A stretch of DNA of 64,000 nucleotides from an uncultured Gemmatimonadales bacterium. GTDB taxonomy: Bacteria; Gemmatimonadota; Gemmatimonadetes; Longimicrobiales; RSA9. Shown in pieces: positions 58,210 through 64,000 of the stretch. The position numbers and the translations under genes are program-made. Under the pieces are notes generated by a model. It ran no database searches, had not been told where the DNA came from, and saw only the letters and a list, made by a program, of their open reading frames with translations. Numbering within the stretch: the stretch's first letter is position 1; every line of letters starts with the position of its first letter. The stretch spans positions 1,856,001-1,920,000 of the forward strand of contig OY970192.1 of NCBI GenBank assembly GCA_963708135.1. The letters are read 5' to 3'.

Positions 58210-60135
58210 TCAACGCCCAGTCTCCTGCGAGGCTTCCCAGAGCGCGAACGCCAGGAGCCCCGCCAGGCCGGCGGCGTGGAGCCCGGCCAGCGCCTGCCCG
58301 GTCTCCGGATCGTAGCGGTCGCAGGCCAGGCCGCCGTCGAGCGGCATTTCGAGCAGACGGGGCAACGTCTCTTCGGGCCTCGCGAGCAGCGCCGCGCAGA
58401 GCACGGCCAGGTGCGCCTCGCGAGGGTGGGCCCGGGAGCCGAGGCCGCCGAAGCGGCCGTCGAGCCAGAACGGGTTCCGCTGCGAGCGCAGCAGCTCGAG
58501 CGTGTTGCGCCAGATCGGGTCGTCCGCGGGGCAGAAGCCGAGCGAGGGCAGGAGCTCGAGGGTGCCGGCCGGATCGTCGTAGACCGCGGCCTCGCCCTCC
58601 AGGTCGGAGGACCACGCGAGGACCCTGAGTCCCTCGACCTCCGTTGGGAAGCGCTGCCAGATGGCCGAGGCGATCTCCTCCGCCCGGCCAGAGAGCGCCG
58701 GCCGGTCCGCGGCGTCGCGCGCGCGCCAGACGCGGTCCAGCGCCCGCGAGAACTGCCACAGCCGGACGTTGTCGTAGGCGACGAAGGGGTGATCGGCGGC
58801 GTCGCCTGACGGCAGCAGCTCGGTGCCAGCGAGGAAGACGTCGGGGTGGAGCTCGTCGTAGGCGGCGGCGTCGAGCTCCCGCAGCACCTCCTGCACGACC
58901 GGCTCCTCCAGCACGCTCTCGTCCCGGCTCTCCCGGACGTAGCTGTCGAGGGCGATGCCGTAGGCGCAGAGCTGGTCCAGCAGGAACCCCGGCGCGAGCA
59001 CGCCGCCGTCCAGGTAGTGGACGTGCTCGCCCGCCCGGTGGGCGTACTGCTCGAAGGCGCGCAGCAGCACCTCGCGGGCGAGCGGCGGATCCGCCAGAAG
59101 CAACCCGGGCTGGCTCCAGAGGAGCGCGTCCCGCTCCCGGAACACCGCGCTCTCGCCGTGCAGCGACGACCGGGAGACCACCGGATAGAGACGGTCATCG
59201 TCGATCGCGCGGCCGATTGCGAAGAAGTAGTTGAGGAGCAGGTTCCGGTTCAGGCGCCGCGAAAGCTCCGGCGACGCGGTGGCGCGCATGAGGCCGGCCA
59301 GCTCGAGGCGCGCGCCGCGCACCACCTCCGTGGCGCCGATCCGGCGCAGCCGGGCGGCCACCGCCACCGCCCCGTCGCGCTCCGTCGCCACTCCGAGATG
59401 GAAGGCGAGCGCCACGCGCCGGCCGCGCGCGACCCGCACGCGCTGCGCGATCCGGAAGCGGAGCGCCTCGCCGTTGGCGCCCGCGAGGGTGGCCCCCGGC
59501 GCGGCCGGCTCGAGCGCAGCGTCCTCCCCGGCCGCCCAGACGGGGGACGCCGCTTCCCGGGATCCCAGCACGGCCAGCGCGGCGCCCGCCGCGGCCGTTC
59601 CCGCCTCCAGGACGACGGCGCCGCCCGGCGCCTGATGCAATCGGTTCCCGGCCTCGAGCGGACGCACGGTCGAGAGGGCACGCAGGCTCCAGCGCCAGCG
59701 GCCTTCGAGCGCGAGGAGCACCTCCCGCTCGGCGCTGCCGCGGTTCTCGAGCTCGAAGGCGTAGACGGCGCCATGGACAGTGGACTCCTGCCCGGGCGGC
59801 GCGCAGATCGTGCCCCGGACGCTCAGCCCTTCTGCGAGCTCCGCGCGGAAGCTCGGGATCCAGCGCTCGAAGTTCTCCCAGGAGAGCGCTGCCGGCGCGA
59901 CCGGCTCGCCATCGACCTCGAAGCGCGGAGCGAGGAGCGGCTCGGCCGGCGACTCCAGCGCAGGGTCGGCGGCCCATTCCACGAGCCCGTTAAGGCCGCG
60001 GTGCAGCACGTTGACCCGGTACACCGCCCCGTCCGCGAGGCCGATGCACGGCAGCGCGAGCGTGTGATTGCCCGTGAGTCCCCAGAGTGGCGGGGCCGTT
60101 TCGGTCCCCCGCTTCCGTCCCCGTCTGGCTGGCAT
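58210..60135 (-). CDS. GH125-like (alpha/alpha)6 glycoside hydrolase homolog with an N-terminal beta domain
   Basis: ERDA, LDQLCAY, LPSGD...PF..YDN, YDDPAGTLELLPSLGFCPADDPIWRNT resemble GH125 motifs as recalled. Confidence 0.6.
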   Translation of the reverse strand: MPARRGRKRGTETAPPLWGLTGNHTLALPCIGLADGAVYRVNVLHRGLNGLVEWAADPALESPAEPLLAPRFEVDGEPVAPAALSWENFERWIPSFRAELAEGLSVRGTICAPPGQESTVHGAVYAFELENRGSAEREVLLALEGRWRWSLRALSTVRPLEAGNRLHQAPGGAVVLEAGTAAAGAALAVLGSREAASPVWAAGEDAALEPAAPGATLAGANGEALRFRIAQRVRVARGRRVALAFHLGVATERDGAVAVAARLRRIGATEVVRGARLELAGLMRATASPELSRRLNRNLLLNYFFAIGRAIDDDRLYPVVSRSSLHGESAVFRERDALLWSQPGLLLADPPLAREVLLRAFEQYAHRAGEHVHYLDGGVLAPGFLLDQLCAYGIALDSYVRESRDESVLEEPVVQEVLRELDAAAYDELHPDVFLAGTELLPSGDAADHPFVAYDNVRLWQFSRALDRVWRARDAADRPALSGRAEEIASAIWQRFPTEVEGLRVLAWSSDLEGEAAVYDDPAGTLELLPSLGFCPADDPIWRNTLELLRSQRNPFWLDGRFGGLGSRAHPREAHLAVLCAALLARPEETLPRLLEMPLDGGLACDRYDPETGQALAGLHAAGLAGLLAFALWEASQETGR

Positions 60136-60249
60136 CGCCCCTCCTCCCTCCGCGAGCGGCCAAACATGCCCGCCCCGCGTGCGGCCGTCAACGTGGGGCC
60201 GCGGGGGCCGACGGGACGCCTCCGGCGCGCGGGCGGCCCGAGGAGATGC

Positions 60250-60279
60250 TTGACGGCCCGAAGACGCGCCCGGTATAGT
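60250..60279 (+). promoter_or_regulatory. Sigma70 promoter of the TonB-dependent receptor
   Basis: TTGACG-N18-TATAGT. Confidence 0.6.
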
Positions 60280-60333
60280 GGGCGCGCTCACCCGTATGGC
60301 ACCCCTTTCCGGGCTGAAACGACGAGGTTTCCC

Positions 60334-63048
60334 ATGGGTGCATGGCTCAGGCGTTGCGTTCTGGCGGGACTTCTCGGACTCCTCGCGGGCGCCCCCGCCG
60401 CGGCGCAGGCCGGCTCGATCTCGGGCCGGCTCACCGACGCCGGCACGGGGGCGCCGCTCGCGAACGCCCGCGTCGAGGTGCGTGGCCCGGACGGGACGGT
60501 GGTGGGGAGCGCCGTTTCGGCCGAGGACGGCGCCTACCGGGTCAGCGCACTGCCCGCCGGCAGCTATGAGGTCGTGGTGACGATGCTCGGCTACGAGACC
60601 GGGCGGAGGGCGGACGTCCGGGTGAGCGCCGGCCGTGAGACCGTCGTCGCGCTCCAGGTCGCCTCGCTGGCCTATCCGCTCAACCCGGTGATCGTCACCG
60701 CCTCGAAGAAGGCGGAAAAGGCGACGGATGCTCCCGCCACGGTCTCCGTCGTCACGGCCCGCCAGATCGAGGAGCGGCCCGTCGTCACGCCGGTCGATCA
60801 CCTGAGGGAGACGCCCGGCGTCAACATCATCACCGAGGGGCTCCAGGCCTCCAACGTGGTGCTGCGGGGCTTCAACAACATCTTCTCCGGCTCCCTGCAC
60901 ATGCTCACGGACTACCGTATCGCGTCCGTGCCCTCGCTGCGCGTGAACCTGATTCACTTCATCCCGGCCAACGACGAGGACATCGACCACATCGAGGTCG
61001 TGCTCGGGCCCGGCTCCGCGCTGTACGGGCCGAACACCGCCAACGGTGTGCTGCACATCATCACCAAGTCCCCGCTCTCCGAGCAGGGCAGCGTCGTGTC
61101 GGTGGGCGGCGGCGAGCGGAGCGTCTTCCAGGCCGAGTTCCGCACGGCGCAGCTCCTGTCGCCCAACTTCGGCATCAAGGTGTCCGGCCAGTACCTGCGC
61201 GGCGACGACTGGCGCTACACCGACCCGGTGGAGGACACCGCGCGCCAGCACGCGCTCGTCTCGGACCCGGCCACGCGCATCGGGCTGCGCAGCTTCGGCG
61301 TCGAGAAGATCGCCGGAGACGTGCGCGCCGACTGGCGCACGAGCGGCGGCGTGACGACCGTCTTCTCCGCGGGCTGGACGGATGCGGCGCGCGGTATCGA
61401 GCTGACCGGGATCGGCGCCGCGCAGGTGCGCAACTGGCTGAACTCATACTACCAGGTCCGGACCAGCTACGACCGCTTCTTCGGTCAGGTCTACCTGAAC
61501 GCCAGCAACGCCGGCGACACCTATACGCTGCGCGACGGCAACGCGATCATCGACCGCTCGAAGCTGTTCGTCGCTCAGCTCCAGCACGGCCTCGCGATCG
61601 GCACGCGCCAGAGCTTCACCTACGGCGGGGACTACATCCGGACCATGCCCGCCACCGAGGGCACGATCAATGGCAGGAACGAGAACGACGACAACATCGA
61701 CGAGGTCGGGGCCTACCTGCAATCGCGGACCGCGCTCAGCCCGAAGCTCGACCTCGTGCTGGCCGGCCGCGTGGACAAGCACTCCGAGCTCGACCATGCC
61801 GTCTACTCACCGCGCGCGGGGCTCGTCTTCAAGCCCACCGAGACGCAGAGCTTCCGGTTCACCTACAACCGCGCCTTCTCGACGCCGTCCGCGCTGAACC
61901 TGTTCCTCGACATCAACGCCGGCCCGCTCCCCGCCCCGCTCGGAGCCCTCGGCTTCGGCGCACGCGCGCAGGCGCCCGGCCGGCAGGGCTTTCAGTTCGG
62001 CTCGAACGGCGGCTTCGTCATGCGCTCCCCCTTTGCGCCTCAGTCCGCGCTGCCGGTCAGCACGGGCGCCCTGTGGCAGATCGGGATCCCCGTCCTCGCC
62101 GCCCAGGCCACCCTGCCGCCCAGCCTGGTCGCGCTGCTCCGCTCGCTCACGCCCACGAGCGCCGACATCGGCATCTCCTACCTCGACCTGGCCGCCGCCA
62201 TCCAGAAGCTCGAGCCGCTCACCTCCTCGAGCAACTTCGACCTGCCGGGGATCCGCGAATCGGCCACGCAGACCTTCGAGGCCGGATACAAGGGCATCCT
62301 CGCGGACCGGCTCGTCATCGATGCCGACCTCTGGCACTCGCACGAGAGCAACTTCGTCTCGCCGCTCACGCCGCAGACGCCGCTGCTCTTCCTGAACGGC
62401 GCCGACATAGCCCGCTACCTCGTGCCGCAGCTCGTGGAGAAGGCCGGGATGAGCGTGGCCGAGGCCACCGCCACGGCCACGCAGATCGCGCAGGGCCTCG
62501 GCCAGCTGCCGCTCGCCGTCATCACGAGCGACGCCGTCGACTCGCAGCGCGCGGACGTGCTCGTCACCTATCGCAATTTCGGGAAGGTGGACCTCGTCGG
62601 GGGCGACCTGGGGGTGACCGCGCTGCTCTCCGACACCTGGTCCGCGCTGCTGACGGGATCCTTCATCAGCAAGGACTACTTCACGACGCAGGGCGAGAAC
62701 GTCGCCCTCAACGCGCCGAAGTGGAAGGGCACCGCCAGCCTGGCATACCGCGATGAGGGCGCCGGCCTCAACGGCGAGGCACGTGTGCGCTACACCGCGG
62801 GATTCCCGGCCAACTCCGCCACCTACCGGGCCACGGCCTGCCTGGGCGGCGCCGAGAACATCGCCACGGAGCCGTGCGTCAAGGCCTACACGCTCGTCGA
62901 CCTCAGCTTCGGCTACCGCCTCCCCGGCATGCGCGGCGCGAGCCTGCTCGTGAACGTGCAGAACCTGCTGAACACCGGCTACCAGCCCTTCCCCGGCGTG
63001 CCCACCATGGGACGCTTCGCTCTCGCCAGGATCCGCTACGCGTTCTAG
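60334..63048 (+). CDS. TonB-dependent receptor with an N-terminal carboxypeptidase-regulatory-like domain
   Basis: Signal peptide; VIVTASK TonB box region; IEVVLGPGSALYG..GVLHIITK plug; C-terminal NLLN...GR...RYAF. Confidence 0.93.
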   Translation: MGAWLRRCVLAGLLGLLAGAPAAAQAGSISGRLTDAGTGAPLANARVEVRGPDGTVVGSAVSAEDGAYRVSALPAGSYEVVVTMLGYETGRRADVRVSAGRETVVALQVASLAYPLNPVIVTASKKAEKATDAPATVSVVTARQIEERPVVTPVDHLRETPGVNIITEGLQASNVVLRGFNNIFSGSLHMLTDYRIASVPSLRVNLIHFIPANDEDIDHIEVVLGPGSALYGPNTANGVLHIITKSPLSEQGSVVSVGGGERSVFQAEFRTAQLLSPNFGIKVSGQYLRGDDWRYTDPVEDTARQHALVSDPATRIGLRSFGVEKIAGDVRADWRTSGGVTTVFSAGWTDAARGIELTGIGAAQVRNWLNSYYQVRTSYDRFFGQVYLNASNAGDTYTLRDGNAIIDRSKLFVAQLQHGLAIGTRQSFTYGGDYIRTMPATEGTINGRNENDDNIDEVGAYLQSRTALSPKLDLVLAGRVDKHSELDHAVYSPRAGLVFKPTETQSFRFTYNRAFSTPSALNLFLDINAGPLPAPLGALGFGARAQAPGRQGFQFGSNGGFVMRSPFAPQSALPVSTGALWQIGIPVLAAQATLPPSLVALLRSLTPTSADIGISYLDLAAAIQKLEPLTSSSNFDLPGIRESATQTFEAGYKGILADRLVIDADLWHSHESNFVSPLTPQTPLLFLNGADIARYLVPQLVEKAGMSVAEATATATQIAQGLGQLPLAVITSDAVDSQRADVLVTYRNFGKVDLVGGDLGVTALLSDTWSALLTGSFISKDYFTTQGENVALNAPKWKGTASLAYRDEGAGLNGEARVRYTAGFPANSATYRATACLGGAENIATEPCVKAYTLVDLSFGYRLPGMRGASLLVNVQNLLNTGYQPFPGVPTMGRFALARIRYAF

Positions 63049-63069
63049 GCGAGCGGCACCCGGCGCCGG

Positions 63070-64000
63070 CTAGACCAGCGCACGCCCCGGCGCCGCCTCC
63101 GAGAGGAGCGCCCGGGCGTGCTCCCGGCTCACGGCGCTCTCGGGGTCGCCGCCGAGCATGCGGGCCAGCTCGCGCACGCGTGCCTCGCCGGCCTGCTCCG
63201 TGACCCGCGTGAGCGTGGTCCCGGCGCGCTCGACCTTCTCGACCAGGAGCTGGTGGTCCGCCCGCGCGGCCAGCTGCGCCAGGTGCGTGATCACGAAGAC
63301 CTGGTGCTCGCCCGCCACGCTCCGCAGCCGCTCCGCCACCCGCGCCGCGACGCGGCCCCCGATGCCGACGTCGATCTCGTCGAAGACGAGGGTCGGCACC
63401 CGGTCCAGCCGGGCCAGGATCGTCTTCAGCGCGAGCATGATGCGCGAGAGCTCGCCTCCCGACGCCACCCTCGACAGCGGCCCCGGCGCGAGGCCGGCGT
63501 TCAGGGAGACCCGGAACTCCACCGTCTCGGCCCCGTCGGCGCCGATCCGCTCGGCGGGCTCGAGGGAAACGATGAAGGAGCCCGAGAGGCCGAGCTCGGG
63601 CAGCAGCGCCTCGACCTCCAGCGCGAGCGACGCCGCCGCCACGGCCCGGGCGGAGCTGAGCCGCGCGGCCGCCGCCGCGAGCGCCGCCTCCGCCGCCGCC
63701 GCCTCCCGGTCCAGCGTCTTCCGCTCCAGCGCCGCGCCATCGAGCAAGTCCAGCTCGCGCCGGGCGCGCGCGCCCACCTCCACGACGTCGGACAGCTCCG
63801 GCCCGTACTTCGTCTTCAGCCGGAACAGCAGGTCCTGCCGGCGACGCAGCGCGTCCAGCCTCGTCGGGTCGTGCTCGACTCCGGCCGCGTAATCTCCCAT
63901 CCGCCGGCCGACCTCCTCCACCCCGTAGTAGGCGCTGTCGAGGAGCTCCCGGGCGGCCTCCGGGCCGGCGTCGATACGGAGCAGCTGCTCGAGCCTGCGG
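63070..64000 (-). CDS. recN: DNA repair protein RecN (3' part; 5' end lies beyond the window)
   Basis: ASGGELSRIMLALK, FDEIDVGIGG, ITHLAQLAA, ELARMLGG. Confidence 0.95.
   Translation of the reverse strand, partial: RRLEQLLRIDAGPEAARELLDSAYYGVEEVGRRMGDYAAGVEHDPTRLDALRRRQDLLFRLKTKYGPELSDVVEVGARARRELDLLDGAALERKTLDREAAAAEAALAAAAARLSSARAVAAASLALEVEALLPELGLSGSFIVSLEPAERIGADGAETVEFRVSLNAGLAPGPLSRVASGGELSRIMLALKTILARLDRVPTLVFDEIDVGIGGRVAARVAERLRSVAGEHQVFVITHLAQLAARADHQLLVEKVERAGTTLTRVTEQAGEARVRELARMLGGDPESAVSREHARALLSEAAPGRALV

Noticed and set aside
58846..60333. Apparent 1400-aa TonB receptor and 1013-aa hydrolase overlapping each other
   Set aside because: Both ORF extensions are antisense read-through. 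Signal peptide, RBS and promoter support starts at 60334 (+) and 60135 (-).

Overview
Very GC-rich bacterial chromosomal segment. Gene content and order suggest Gemmatimonadota (inference). It is almost entirely housekeeping, with most genes on the minus strand in tightly overlapping operons: larB-dusB, selB-recO, metK, a complete mannose-family PTS with hprK/HPr/EI, nusB and the rib genes, purM, argS, a propionyl-CoA carboxylase/methylmalonyl-CoA mutase cluster, rpsA-cmk-aroA-rnz, rpe-rpiA, an ArgR-regulated arg operon, three tRNAs (Leu-TAA, Cys-GCA, Gly-GCC), a GH125-like protein, a TonB-dependent receptor and the 3' end of recN. The standout is a 4.7-kb accessory cassette (30984-35693) inside the pcc cluster. 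It encodes a type IIG restriction-modification enzyme whose C-terminus is fused in frame to a minimal nucleotidyltransferase (MNT), followed by a HEPN gene, followed by the enzyme's own missing C-terminal helical domain as a separate, translationally coupled gene. An MNT-HEPN toxin-antitoxin-type pair therefore appears to sit inside a split R-M enzyme, possibly a guarded antiphage system. Smaller oddities: a homopolymer frameshift, a tRNA-Gly with a G1:A72 mismatch, a probable CTG start, leaderless promoters, and a sigma54 promoter driving an unusual OmpA-like protein. All family calls come from motif recognition by eye; no searches were run.
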